From: Desulfobacterales bacterium
Lineage (GTDB): Bacteria > Desulfobacterota > Desulfobacteria > Desulfobacterales > UBA2174
Assembly: GCA_963668645.2 (NCBI GenBank)
Contig: CAXXWC010000018.1
Span: 480,001-544,000, forward strand
Reading direction: 5' to 3'
Length of the DNA: 64,000 nt
Positions 1 to 10,132 of this stretch are shown here, in pieces. Made by a program: the position numbers and the translations under genes. The notes under the pieces are model-generated. The model ran no database searches. It saw nothing but the letters and a program-made list of their open reading frames with translations, and was not told the DNA's origin. Within the stretch, counting starts at the first letter, position 1. Every line of letters begins with the position of its first letter.

Positions 1-3000
1 CGGCGGCCCCACGAAAAAGGCGGTGGCATATCCGCGGTTGGCCGTAAAACACTCGGTCAGCCCCGCGGGCAGAGACGCATCGCTGAAAAGGGCGGCAAGG
101 GTTTCGGGCAGCAGTTTGAGATGGTCTGAAAGAACCCGGCCCCGGGTGCGGTCCCGTACCTGCCAGACGCCCGCGAGCAAACGGCAAAAGGCGAGGTATA
201 GGGCGTCGGCCCCCGCTGGCCCCGGCACCTCGGGCAAGTGGAGAATCCCGGCCGAACCGCTCAGCCGGCGCTCCAGGGCGGGGGCCAGGGCCGGCCCGAT
301 CCAGGCCACCGGTACCTGGGCCGTTTCCAGGAGATGCGCCAGCCGGGGCCCCTCGGGCGTGCGGGTGCCGCATAACATCAGCAAAGTCTGGGGCGCCAGG
401 TGGCCGCTCAGGCCGGCCAGCCGTTCGACCCGCAATCCGCAGGGCAAAAAATCTTTCCACCGGGCCGCTGTGGAAAGGGCCGTGATTTCCGCCTGGCGGT
501 CGGTAGGCACCAAGAGCAGGGTGCCGTCGGGCGGCAGATCGTCGAAGAGCCGCCGGGCCAGCGACGCCCGATCCAACAGTCCGTGCCCCGCTTTTGATCC
601 GACCCGTTCAAGCCAATCGGGGCTTGCGGCCAAGCGGTCAAGATGCCCGAAATAGTCGGCGGCCAGTCCCGCATCAGCCTCGGCCAGGATTCCGCGGCCC
701 CCGGTCACCGGGGGCGTGGAAGGCGCAGGTGCCGGGACCGGCAGGACCGACACGGCGGCCTGGGGCGAGGGGCAAACCGGCGGGCGGCTGCGCCCTACGG
801 TGACCGACTTGGCCCGGTTGCGCGGGAATCCTTCGCTTGTTTGGCCGTGGCTGATCCCGTACTGATAGGCCAGCTCGTAAAGCACCACCAGGTCGAGAAA
901 CGGCTGGAAGCAATCCTGAATCTTGGGCAGCCAGAGGCATTGGCCGCGGCTGAAGCGTTCCACCTGGCCGCTTTCCCGGCTGGCGTAGCTCAGGGCGATA
1001 AAGTCGATGCCCGCCGCATGCAGGCGGCCCATGGCGTCCAGGGCTGCCGGCATGCTGCCGCGGGCCGTGGCGTTGACCACCACCAGGGTCCGCGTCTTGA
1101 CCAGATCGTCCATTTGGGTGGGCAGATCCTCGAAATCCATGGCCCGGCTTACCGAAGTCCAACTGGTCTCTTCCAGCTTCAAGGCCGCTTCCCGTGCCGT
1201 GCCGCCGCGGTGCACCGCATCGAGCACCAGGCAGTCGGCCGCATCGCTATAAGCGGCGGTCAGGCGGGCGCAGGAGTCCTTCAGGACGTCGTCACCGTGA
1301 AGTTGACGGATCTGATCGGGCAGTTGCCGCAGGACGGCAGTCATGGATTGCGCCGCTTCGCTATTCTGTCTTTCACAGGCCACCCACACCGCCAGCACGG
1401 CCAAGCTGAAGGCCAGGCAGAAAGTACTTTTTACCGCCGCTACGGTGACCTCTTCGCCGCTGAGGCACAAGACCAGGCCGCCGCTTTTGGCCAGCACCAG
1501 GGCCATGTCGGAGAATCTTTTTTCCGTCACACCGATGGTGACGATATTGGACCGCAACAGCACCTTGGCCAGCTCAACCATTTCGGCGGTGGTGCCGGAC
1601 CAGCTCAACAGGATCGCCAGGTCCTGTTCCGGGCTCAAAGAACGCGCCAGCAGATCGAAGTCCGACGGGTCGGCGGCCACGGTTTCCAAATCGGGCAGAT
1701 GGCGCCGGAAAATGCCGCGTGCCACCAGGGCCATGTGAAAAGAGGTGCCGCAGCCCACTATGATGACGCGGCGCAGGTTGTGAAACCGCGGGCCGAAGCG
1801 CCGCTGCAAGAGCTTGTCATTGAGCCCCGGCGCCGGCCGGGTGCTGTCGCCGGGCAGGTAGGTGCGCAGGATGTTCTCCAGCCGATCGGGGATTTCGCGC
1901 TGATGCGAGACGAACAGCGAGGCGTACAGGTCGCGTCGCACTTGGGGCGGCCTGAGGGTCGCGCTGATGGGGTCGAGGTCGAGGATCGGCTCCTGTTGCA
2001 GATTCGCCAGCCAGACGTTGCGGCGGATCCTTGCGCCCTGCATCACGGTCTCGATGCGGGCCAAACGGTTTTCGTTCTCCAGGGGAAATACCTCTACGGC
2101 GAAATCACGGCACAGGGCTTCTTCGGTCTGATCGTAGTTTTTCCGCAAGGCGTCGATTTGCTCCTGCGGTGCCCCGTTTCCGCGCTTGCGGGCGACCTCC
2201 TGTTCGCAGTCCCGGGCCGCTTTGAGCATCTGCTGGCAGCGGTCGTGAATCAGCTTCTGGGGGAAGAGGCCGATGGCGGCGTTGATATCCGAAACCACCA
2301 TCACATCGTGGTTGTCGCGGCGCCGCACGATGAAGATGGGCCGGTCGCTGGCCGCCACGTAAAGCCGGCCCGGCGATACGCGGCTGAGCCCGATAACGGC
2401 GATCTGCCCGCCGTGCTGCATCATCTGGCGTACCCCGGCCACAAAGGCCATCTCATCCAGGTGGGCCCGGCTCCGGTCATGGACAGCGTGGTAGACTTGG
2501 TAATCGATGGCCTGGCTGCCGATGGAAAGATCGATCATCTGCGCTTCGGTCTGCTTGCGGATGGCCTCGAAGCGCTGCTGTTCCTGGTACAGAATCCGGT
2601 AATAATAGCCCCACAGCAGGGAAAAATACTCGCCTGAGTTGTCGCTGCGAAACGAAAATCCGGCCACCTGCTTCAGGTATTGTTTCAGCCGGGTTTCCAC
2701 GCCGGCGTCGAATTGACCGTTGACCGCGATGGCCCGCTGGCGGGTTTCATCCAGAAACGGGTGGCAGTTGGCCAGGGTCACAGGCGACTGGAGGGCCCAG
2801 CGGCCGTGGGCGATGATCGGGGTGGTGAGCAGCCTCAGGCTCAGCGCATCGGTAACCCCCGGCCGGATCGCCGTGGCCGCTTTCGCGCTGGCCGGATCCG
2901 CGGCCAGGGCGGGCAGGACAACTTTCTGTTGCAGGGCATGCAAGGCTGCCGAAGCGGCCCGGCCGAAGAGATTGGCGGCTTTTTCCAACTGGTAGAACTG

Positions 3001-3882
3001 GTACCAGGTCAAGGGGGCCGCGGCGGCGGCCTCGGGCCACAAGCTTTCCAGCAAGGCGGTCATCCGCTCCGGGATTCCCGGGTTTTCGGGGATGCGGGAC
3101 AGCAGGGCGCCGTCAAGCAGCCGGAAAACGCCGCGCACCCCGTCGCGGTCGTAGTCCTCGGGCACTGCCAGGGGACAATTGGCCATCAATTGCCAGAAAG
3201 CTTGCCAGACGCCGGGATGCAGGCTTGCGGTTTCAGACCAGAAGGCGGGATGGTGCGGGGTCGAGAGCCCCTCAAAGACACGCTCGAAAAGCCAGAGCAG
3301 ATCGCCGGGAGCGATGGTTTCAGGAAGCGGGAACTGGATGAGGGCTTCTTCCAGCCCACGGCGATAGAGGCTTTGAATCACCACCGGTGAAAGATCGTAG
3401 GCCTTGACCAGGCGTTCGACCAAGACGGCCAAGGCCCGAGGCGAGGCGGCGCGAAATTCCGGCATCCCGGCCGAATCGCCGCTCATGCCGGGATACAGGC
3501 GCCTGGCGCGCTGGGGCGGCAGGGCCACCAGGTCGTCGTAGCTGGGCGCTTTGCGGGGTTTGGCGCCGGCCACCTCGGTCTTGAAACCCTGCATCTCAAG
3601 AAGATCGCGACGCCACTGGATGCGCTGCTCGGGACCTGCCGGAGTGCGGCCGGGGGCCAGCATCTTGGTCGCGCGGTCCGGGTAGGCCGGATTTTGCGCC
3701 AGTTCCCGGACCAGTTCGCCGACGGCGCCAAGGGACTTGCGCGTCCGGATCGGTTCGTTCTCGTCGCCGTGAAGCCCGATACCGGTGCTGTCCGGAGCCC
3801 GATAGGTGACGGCCGACATGCCGGTGAGCACCCGGGTCAGGTGATTGCCGGCCCCGCCGAAATAGGCCACGATTCCGCACAT
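1..3882 (-). CDS. Giant GlmS-like protein: class-II glutamine amidotransferase plus SIS domains plus C-terminal extension (partial; 3' end lies beyond window start)
   Basis: Hand translation from ATG at 3882 is open to position 1 (1294 codons), so the ORF track omits it. Motifs: MCGIVAY (Ntn Cys), AHGRWA, NCHPF, VNG, IVGCGTS, LSWSGTT, VAAVKST, EAALKLEE, PRNRAKSVTV. Confidence 0.85.
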   Translation of the reverse strand, partial: MCGIVAYFGGAGNHLTRVLTGMSAVTYRAPDSTGIGLHGDENEPIRTRKSLGAVGELVRELAQNPAYPDRATKMLAPGRTPAGPEQRIQWRRDLLEMQGFKTEVAGAKPRKAPSYDDLVALPPQRARRLYPGMSGDSAGMPEFRAASPRALAVLVERLVKAYDLSPVVIQSLYRRGLEEALIQFPLPETIAPGDLLWLFERVFEGLSTPHHPAFWSETASLHPGVWQAFWQLMANCPLAVPEDYDRDGVRGVFRLLDGALLSRIPENPGIPERMTALLESLWPEAAAAAPLTWYQFYQLEKAANLFGRAASAALHALQQKVVLPALAADPASAKAATAIRPGVTDALSLRLLTTPIIAHGRWALQSPVTLANCHPFLDETRQRAIAVNGQFDAGVETRLKQYLKQVAGFSFRSDNSGEYFSLLWGYYYRILYQEQQRFEAIRKQTEAQMIDLSIGSQAIDYQVYHAVHDRSRAHLDEMAFVAGVRQMMQHGGQIAVIGLSRVSPGRLYVAASDRPIFIVRRRDNHDVMVVSDINAAIGLFPQKLIHDRCQQMLKAARDCEQEVARKRGNGAPQEQIDALRKNYDQTEEALCRDFAVEVFPLENENRLARIETVMQGARIRRNVWLANLQQEPILDLDPISATLRPPQVRRDLYASLFVSHQREIPDRLENILRTYLPGDSTRPAPGLNDKLLQRRFGPRFHNLRRVIIVGCGTSFHMALVARGIFRRHLPDLETVAADPSDFDLLARSLSPEQDLAILLSWSGTTAEMVELAKVLLRSNIVTIGVTEKRFSDMALVLAKSGGLVLCLSGEEVTVAAVKSTFCLAFSLAVLAVWVACERQNSEAAQSMTAVLRQLPDQIRQLHGDDVLKDSCARLTAAYSDAADCLVLDAVHRGGTAREAALKLEETSWTSVSRAMDFEDLPTQMDDLVKTRTLVVVNATARGSMPAALDAMGRLHAAGIDFIALSYASRESGQVERFSRGQCLWLPKIQDCFQPFLDLVVLYELAYQYGISHGQTSEGFPRNRAKSVTVGRSRPPVCPSPQAAVSVLPVPAPAPSTPPVTGGRGILAEADAGLAADYFGHLDRLAASPDWLERVGSKAGHGLLDRASLARRLFDDLPPDGTLLLVPTDRQAEITALSTAARWKDFLPCGLRVERLAGLSGHLAPQTLLMLCGTRTPEGPRLAHLLETAQVPVAWIGPALAPALERRLSGSAGILHLPEVPGPAGADALYLAFCRLLAGVWQVRDRTRGRVLSDHLKLLPETLAALFSDASLPAGLTECFTANRGYATAFFVGPP

Positions 3883-3918
3883 GACAACCTTCCGAACGAT
3901 TTCAAAGGGGTAATGGCC

Positions 3919-5256
3919 TCAAGGGGCCGGTATCCTCCGGCAACAGTCGCGAATCAGCGGTTCAACGCGGGTTTCAGTCTCCAGGCGCCACACCCTGGCC
4001 GCCAGGGTTCTGGCCGCCTCGATGCCCAGCACGGGCGAGACCAGCCAGGTGAACTTGGCTTCCAGTTCCGCGTCCGTCGGCAAGCTGTCGGGAGCCTCCC
4101 AGCGCGGTTGCACGCGGCCGGATCGAAAGCAGTTGCCGTCGCGGGTTTCGATGACGACCTCGGCGTAGGTTTTCATGGGAAAGGCCGCGTCAAAACGCTC
4201 ATTCACCGTGGTGGAAACCTTGGCGAGCAGATCGATCAGGTCCGGTTCGAATATCCGCGGCGGCAGTACCTGGCCCGGGCCGACCTCGCCGTCAAGCAGG
4301 GCGGCGGCCACCGGAAAGGCGATGTTGTACTGGGCTTCTTCCGTGTCGCGCGGCGGCCTGACGCTCAGGGCGCAGGCGGCCGCAAAGGTGAGGATGCGGA
4401 TGGCCCGGATCGATTCGGTCGCAAGATGATGCTCTCTTTGAATTTTCAGGGCTCCGTCCACCGCGGGTTGGGCCCAGCGGCAGGCGGCGTAGGGTTTGAA
4501 GTACAGGCGGCGGATTTGCCAGTCGGCGCCCAGCCCATTTATCCATTCTGGCTCGGGCGTGTCGGCAAAGAGGGGTTCGATGCCGGTAAATCCTGCGCGG
4601 GCCATCAGCACGGACATCATCGCGGTCATCGCTCCCCAGCCGATTCCGTCCTTGCCCATGCAAGGGGTCTGGATGCCTTTCATCATCGGAGCGATGGGGG
4701 CATGGTACTCGGCGGCGCCCATGGCGTTGGCAAGGGGGCCGGCTTCCAGTTGCAGGATTTTTGCGGCGGCCGCGGCCCCGGCTACGGCGCCCCAGCTTCC
4801 CGAGGCATGATAGCACGGATAGGTGGCGTGTCGGATAAGTCCGGCCCGGATGCCGATTTCATAGCCCACCACCAGGGCGGCAAGCAGCTCCGTGCCACTG
4901 CACGCCGGCACGAGTTCGGCCGCCGCCAGCACCACCGGCAGCACGCAGGCCCCTGGATGCCCCTTGACCAGACGGTGCCCGTCATCGATGTCCAGCGCGT
5001 TGGCGGCAAAACCGTTGGCCAGGGCGGCCCCGGCGGCCGAGGCGCGGCCCCCATCGACCAGGATCGTCGCCTCGTTGCCGGCGTACTGGGATCGGGCGAT
5101 CTGCCCCATCAGATGTCCGGGCGGTGTTTCGGCGCCGGCCAGCATGGCGCCCAGCGTGTCCAGCAGACAGCGTTTAGCCTGGAGGCGAACATCCTCCGGC
5201 AAGTCTTGCCAGGCACTTTGACGGATGAAACGGACCGCCGCGCCGTTGGCGTTCAT
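3919..5256 (-). CDS. MmgE/PrpD family protein
   Basis: ALANGFAANALDIDDGH, GHPGA, YFKPYAACRWAQ, AQYNIAF motifs; start MNANG overlaps the stop of the GFA gene. Confidence 0.9.
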   Translation of the reverse strand: MNANGAAVRFIRQSAWQDLPEDVRLQAKRCLLDTLGAMLAGAETPPGHLMGQIARSQYAGNEATILVDGGRASAAGAALANGFAANALDIDDGHRLVKGHPGACVLPVVLAAAELVPACSGTELLAALVVGYEIGIRAGLIRHATYPCYHASGSWGAVAGAAAAAKILQLEAGPLANAMGAAEYHAPIAPMMKGIQTPCMGKDGIGWGAMTAMMSVLMARAGFTGIEPLFADTPEPEWINGLGADWQIRRLYFKPYAACRWAQPAVDGALKIQREHHLATESIRAIRILTFAAACALSVRPPRDTEEAQYNIAFPVAAALLDGEVGPGQVLPPRIFEPDLIDLLAKVSTTVNERFDAAFPMKTYAEVVIETRDGNCFRSGRVQPRWEAPDSLPTDAELEAKFTWLVSPVLGIEAARTLAARVWRLETETRVEPLIRDCCRRIPAP

Positions 5257-5705
5257 TTGCCGTCGCCGCAAAGCGGGTTGCCGGCCCGGGCAAAGCGCTG
5301 GGGATGCCGGGGAAGATCGTCGTTCAGGGTGTAGTAGTCCGCCTTCTGGGAGACCCAGACATGCCGTTCGGTGGTCAATCCCGTGGGTGGATCGATGGCC
5401 CCTGCAGCGATGGAGATGTTGGGTTTTCCCCTGGGATCCCAGAAAAGACTCGATCCGCAATGGCAACAGAACCCCCGGTGAACGTCGGGAGTTTCGTCCT
5501 GGGTCGACCGGTACCAATGGAGGCTTTCGGCCCTGGTCAGTTTCAGGTTCTTTCTCGCCGTAGCCGTATAGGCGGCCACATGGCCGTGGAAGCGCCGGCA
5601 CTTGCTGCAATGGCAGTTGACAACGGGCATCAGCGGCCCGTGCACCTCAAAACGCACCGCCCCGCACAGACAGCCTCCTGTGGCTCGGATTGCGTGTGCT
5701 TGCAT
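5253..5705 (-). CDS. GFA (CENP-V/glutathione-dependent formaldehyde-activating) family Zn protein
   Basis: GGCLCGAVRF, CHCSKCRR, RGFCCHCGSSLF cysteine pattern. Confidence 0.9.
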   Translation of the reverse strand: MQAHAIRATGGCLCGAVRFEVHGPLMPVVNCHCSKCRRFHGHVAAYTATARKNLKLTRAESLHWYRSTQDETPDVHRGFCCHCGSSLFWDPRGKPNISIAAGAIDPPTGLTTERHVWVSQKADYYTLNDDLPRHPQRFARAGNPLCGDGK

Positions 5706-5882
5706 GTTTGGCTCCGGGCAAGGCGGGGCGCCGCCGTGTGCCGGCGTCCCCGCCCATCTCATGGTGCTTGCTGAACGTTGGGCTTCCGTTCCAAGGCCCG
5801 GGCGAGTGATCCATATCGCGGCGGCATGAATCCCGAAAGTTGAACGGTTTGCCTATAGACTTTCTTTGCAAGCCTTTAGCGG

Positions 5883-6788
5883 TTAGATCAGTCCCGCGTC
5901 TTTGAGCCACCGTGTCACGACTTCCTTGACCGCCTCATGCTTGCCGTCAACCGCGTAGTTGAGGGCCGTCATGGTTCCGGTGTCCAGCTTTTTAGCCAGT
6001 GCGGCGAAGATCGATTCCAACTGCGGATACTTGTCCGCGACTTCCTTCTTAAATACCGGGGCCGGATTGTAGACCGGAAAATATTTCAGGTTGTCTTCCA
6101 GCACCACCAGGCCGAATCCCTTGATGCGTCCGTCGGTGGCAAAGCCCATGGCCACATCCACGTCGCCTTCCTTGAGGGCTTTGTAGAGCAGGCCCGGTGT
6201 CATCTTGATGATCTTGTCGCGGGGAAACTTGAAGTCGTATTTTTTCTGCAGCGGCTTATAGCCGTCCGGCCGGGCGTAGAACTCCTCGTTGGTACCGAAG
6301 CGGATCGTGTCGGGATGAGCCTTGACGTAGGCGGAAAGGTCCGAGAGGGTCTTGATCCCCTTGGCCGCGGCGTCATCACCGCGCATCATGAGGCAGTAGG
6401 TGTTGTTAAAGGGCATCATGGGCATCCAGACCAGGCCGTTGCGCTCCAGGTCGGCCTTTTTGACGAAATCGTAGCAGGCTGCCGGATCGGTGATGACCTC
6501 CTTTTCTTTGAGCATGGTCACCAGGGCCGTGCCGGTGTATTCCATGTAGGTGTCGATCTGGCCGTTTTCCAGAGCCGTGCGGGCCACCAGAGTCCCGCCC
6601 AGCCCGGTCTTGTCCACGGTCGAGAAGCCGTGTTTTTCCAGCAGCTGGATCATGATTTCGCTTAGAATGCGCTGCTCGGTGAAGTTCTTCGATCCGATGA
6701 CGAGCTGCTTGTCCGCGGCGCCGGCGGTTCCGGCCGCCAGGACGACGGTCAGGGCCGTCAAAAGGCTAATCCATTTGATCCGTTTCAT
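5883..6788 (-). CDS. Glycine betaine/osmoprotectant ABC transporter substrate-binding protein (OsmF/OpuCC type)
   Basis: Signal peptide; IGSKNFTEQ, EYTGT, FNNTY, EFYARPDG, FPVYNPAP motifs. Confidence 0.92.
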   Translation of the reverse strand: MKRIKWISLLTALTVVLAAGTAGAADKQLVIGSKNFTEQRILSEIMIQLLEKHGFSTVDKTGLGGTLVARTALENGQIDTYMEYTGTALVTMLKEKEVITDPAACYDFVKKADLERNGLVWMPMMPFNNTYCLMMRGDDAAAKGIKTLSDLSAYVKAHPDTIRFGTNEEFYARPDGYKPLQKKYDFKFPRDKIIKMTPGLLYKALKEGDVDVAMGFATDGRIKGFGLVVLEDNLKYFPVYNPAPVFKKEVADKYPQLESIFAALAKKLDTGTMTALNYAVDGKHEAVKEVVTRWLKDAGLI

Positions 6789-6852
6789 GGGCGATCCTCC
6801 TTTGCTTGGGGTTGAGTGAACCGATATCAGGCGGGCCGGTGATTGAATCACG

Positions 6853-7614
6853 TCACAGTTCCGAGGCGCCGTTATTTTCATAAACCAGGCCGGGACTGAT
6901 GGCCCAACCTTCCACCTTGCCGAGAAACCAGTTCAGAAATATGGCCAGCGCGGCCGTGGGCACGGCGCCGGCGAGCATGTAGCCCGGATCGACCATGGCG
7001 ATGCCGGAAAAGATCAGGTCCCCCAGGCCGCCGCCGCCCACCAGGAAACTCATGGCTGCGGTGCCCACGTTGATCACCGTCGAGGTGCGGATCCCGGCCA
7101 GGATGATATACAGGGCGTTGGGGATTTCCACGCGCAAGAGCAGTTGGCGCGGGTTCATGCCCATGCCGCGCCCGGCGTCCAGAATCACCGGATCGATGCC
7201 GGCCAGGCCGGCCACGGTGTTGCGGATGATGGGCAGCAGGCCGTAGATCACCAGGGCGAAGATGGCCGTTTTCTTGCCGATGCCCAGGTAGGTCATGGCG
7301 ATGGCGATCACCGCCAGGGAGGGAACGGTCTGGCAGATTCCCAGCAGGTTGAGGCTCCAGTTGCGATAGCGGCGCATGAAGCCCCGGGTGAGCAGGATCC
7401 CCGTGGGGACGCCCAGGCTGATGGAAATGGCGCTGGAGATCAGCACCAGTTGGATATGTTCCAGGAACAGGATCCAGATTTCGTCGGTGTTGTCGCGGGC
7501 GAATTCGAAAAAGCCCAGGCTTTCGAACCATGCCCCGGCGCTGAAGGCCAGCACCAGGCCGGCCATGGTCCAGGTCCGGCTTGCGCCCGAAAACTTGCCG
7601 AGGCTGCCTTTCAT
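6853..7614 (-). CDS. Osmoprotectant ABC transporter permease
   Basis: QTVPSLA, LPIIRNT, DAGRGMGM (EAA loop), GGGGLG. Confidence 0.92.
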   Translation of the reverse strand: MKGSLGKFSGASRTWTMAGLVLAFSAGAWFESLGFFEFARDNTDEIWILFLEHIQLVLISSAISISLGVPTGILLTRGFMRRYRNWSLNLLGICQTVPSLAVIAIAMTYLGIGKKTAIFALVIYGLLPIIRNTVAGLAGIDPVILDAGRGMGMNPRQLLLRVEIPNALYIILAGIRTSTVINVGTAAMSFLVGGGGLGDLIFSGIAMVDPGYMLAGAVPTAALAIFLNWFLGKVEGWAISPGLVYENNGASEL

Positions 7615-8765
7615 AAGATTTTCCCTCCGGTGGTGATCTTGCCCCAACGCCCGCCGTGCTCGTCGTAGGTCTGGCCCACCACCCGGGCCAGGGTCATGGT
7701 GTTGAGCACCCCCATGAGCTTGCCGTCGTCGTCCACCGCCACCACGATGCCGATATCGAAGGTGAGCATCTTACTCAAAGCGTCCTTCAGGTTCTGCTGC
7801 GGGCTGACGGTAATGGTCATCGGCTTGGTAAGGTCGCCCACCTTGCCGCTCTGGTCGAAAAGGTCGCGCAGGGTCACGTAGCCCTTCAAACGGTCCTGGG
7901 CGTCGTTGACCAGCAGGAAGTTGAAATCCCCTTCCTGCATGGCCCGGACCACCGATTCGACCGCATCCGTATCGTGGCAGTGGACGGGGTTTTCCAGCAT
8001 GGCGTCCTTGACCTTGAGCAGATCCAGGCGCTTCAAGGCCCGGTCGGCGCCGACGAAATCCTTGACGAACTGGTTTTTGGGCGTGGTGAGGAGCTGTTCG
8101 GGGGTGCCGAACTGGATCAACCGGCCGGCATCCAGCAGGGCGATCTTGTCGCCCATCTTGATGGCTTCGTGGATGTCGTGGGTGACAAAGACGATGGTTT
8201 TCTGGATCTGGGACTGGATCTTGAGAAATTCGTCCTGGAGCACCTCCCGGTTGATGGGGTCGATGGCCCCGAAGGGTTCGTCCATCAGCATCACCGGCGG
8301 GTCGGTGGCCATGGCCCGGGCCACGCCGATGCGCTGGGCCTGGCCCCCGGAAAGCTCCCGTGGGTAGCGGTGCCGAAAAGCGGCAGGCTCCAGTTGGACC
8401 AGGCTGAGCAGTTCATCCACCCGTTCGTCGATGCGCTGTTTATCCCACTTGAGCAGCCGCGGTACGGTGGCGATGTTATCGTAGACCGTCATGTGGGGAA
8501 ACAGCCCGATCTGCTGGATGGCATAGCCGATATGGCGTCGCAGTTCGATGGAATCGATGTCGAGAATGTTTTTCCCGTCGATGTAGATGGCGCCGGAAGT
8601 GATCGGGATGAGCCGGTTGATCATGCGCATCAGGGTTGTCTTGCCGCAGCCGGAGGAACCGATCAGGACGCAGATTTCCCCTTGTGTCACCTCCAGATCG
8701 ACGTCGTTGACGGCCGGCACATTGGACCCCGGGTAGATTTTGGTCGCTTTCTCAAGCCTGATCAT
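7611..8765 (-). CDS. Osmoprotectant ABC transporter ATP-binding subunit with CBS domains
   Basis: Walker A GSSGCGKT, LSGGQ, MLMDEPF, VTHD; C-terminal CBS pair. Confidence 0.95.
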   Translation of the reverse strand: MIRLEKATKIYPGSNVPAVNDVDLEVTQGEICVLIGSSGCGKTTLMRMINRLIPITSGAIYIDGKNILDIDSIELRRHIGYAIQQIGLFPHMTVYDNIATVPRLLKWDKQRIDERVDELLSLVQLEPAAFRHRYPRELSGGQAQRIGVARAMATDPPVMLMDEPFGAIDPINREVLQDEFLKIQSQIQKTIVFVTHDIHEAIKMGDKIALLDAGRLIQFGTPEQLLTTPKNQFVKDFVGADRALKRLDLLKVKDAMLENPVHCHDTDAVESVVRAMQEGDFNFLLVNDAQDRLKGYVTLRDLFDQSGKVGDLTKPMTITVSPQQNLKDALSKMLTFDIGIVVAVDDDGKLMGVLNTMTLARVVGQTYDEHGGRWGKITTGGKIL

Positions 8766-9412
8766 GAGCGCAATCCTTTGCTGACAAGGCGATTTTCGAT
8801 GACACCGAACAGATAATCGACCACCACGGCCATCAGGGCCACGGCGATCGAGCCGCAGTTGATCATGGCGTCGTAGGAGCGGTTGATGCCCATGAAGATG
8901 AAGTGGCCCAGCCCTCCCGCGCCGATATAGGCTGCGATGGCCCCGATGCCGATGGACATGACCACCGCCACGCGCACCCCGGCAAAAATCACCGCCAGCG
9001 CCATGGGCAGCTGCACCTTGCCCAGCACCTGCATGCGGGTCATGCCCATGCCGATGCCGGCGTCGATGATGTTGGGGTCCACGTTCTTGATGGCCGCGTA
9101 GGTGTTGCGGATGATGGGCAGCTGGGAGTAGAGCACCAGGGCCACGATGGCCGGGACCGTGCCGATCCCGTGGCCGAAAACCGATAGCAGGGGGATCATG
9201 ATCCCGAACAGGGCGATGGATGGGATCGTCATGACGATCCCGGCGATATAGAGGACCGTCTCGGCGGCTTTGCGGTTGAAGGTGATCCAGATCCCTATGG
9301 GAACCCCGGTGAAGATGGCGATGAGCACCGCCACGGCCACGACCCAGGCGTGCTGGCCGGCCAATTGAAGGGTGTGGTGCCAGTTGCTGAGAAAAAACTG
9401 CCAGGTTTCCAT
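8762..9412 (-). CDS. Osmoprotectant ABC transporter permease
   Basis: MTIPSIAL, LPIIRNTY, DAGIGMGM, IGAGGLG; start METWQ follows a Shine-Dalgarno. Confidence 0.92.
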   Translation of the reverse strand: METWQFFLSNWHHTLQLAGQHAWVVAVAVLIAIFTGVPIGIWITFNRKAAETVLYIAGIVMTIPSIALFGIMIPLLSVFGHGIGTVPAIVALVLYSQLPIIRNTYAAIKNVDPNIIDAGIGMGMTRMQVLGKVQLPMALAVIFAGVRVAVVMSIGIGAIAAYIGAGGLGHFIFMGINRSYDAMINCGSIAVALMAVVVDYLFGVIENRLVSKGLRS

Positions 9413-9474
9413 GGCGGATCTCCTAGATGCTCCAATTAGAACTGCCGCTTGGACGTTGCGCCATATGGTCCGTG

Positions 9475-10104
9475 TTACAGCATTGCCCTGGCAAGCTTGG
9501 CGGCGGCCCCTGCGTCTGCAGCCCAGGCGTCGGCCTCGATCTGATCGGCGTAGGCCTGAGTCACCGGGGCCCCGCCCACCATGATCTTGACCCGCTCGCG
9601 CAGGCCGCTGCCGGCGATGGCGGCGATGGTTTTGCCCATCATCGGCATGGTGGTGGTCAGCAGGGCCGACATGCACAGGATGTTGGCCTGGTTCTGCTCG
9701 ACGGCGGAAACGAATTTTTCCGGGGCGATGTCCACCCCCAGGTCCGTGACCTGCAACCCGGCGCTTTCCATCATCATGGCCACCAGGTTCTTGCCGATGT
9801 CGTGCAGGTCCCCCTTGACCGTGCCGATCACAACCCGGCCCTTGGCGGCCGAGGCGTCCTCGGACAAGAGGGGCTTGAGGATTTGCACCGCGGCGCTCAT
9901 GGCCTGGGCGGCCAGCAGGACTTCCGGGATGAACATATCGCCGTTTTCCATCCGTTCGCCGACGATGTCCATGCCGGCGATCAGTCCCTGATTCAGGATC
10001 TGGTTGGCACCGGCGCCGCTGTCCAAAGCGGTCCGGACAAGGGCGACCACCCGGTCCTGGTCGCAGGCGAGCAGGGCATCGACGATGGATTGATACGGGC
10101 TCAT
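9475..10104 (-). CDS. Corrinoid (cobalamin-binding) protein of a methyltransferase system (MttC/MtgC-like)
   Basis: Cap domain FIPEVLLAA; GDLHDIGKNLV (DxHxxG); SALLTTT; MVGGAP. Confidence 0.95.
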   Translation of the reverse strand: MSPYQSIVDALLACDQDRVVALVRTALDSGAGANQILNQGLIAGMDIVGERMENGDMFIPEVLLAAQAMSAAVQILKPLLSEDASAAKGRVVIGTVKGDLHDIGKNLVAMMMESAGLQVTDLGVDIAPEKFVSAVEQNQANILCMSALLTTTMPMMGKTIAAIAGSGLRERVKIMVGGAPVTQAYADQIEADAWAADAGAAAKLARAML

Positions 10105-10132
10105 TAGGGCCTCCTTGGGGCGGAAGGTTCGA

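Noticed and set aside
643..5334. Long plus-strand ORFs (643..2637, 2680..3390, 3694..5334)
   Set aside because: Antisense shadows of the GlmS-like and MmgE/PrpD genes; no motifs; expected in high-GC DNA. The same applies to 12432..13976, 29102..30529, 40551..42206, 51830..53389 and 62711..63643.
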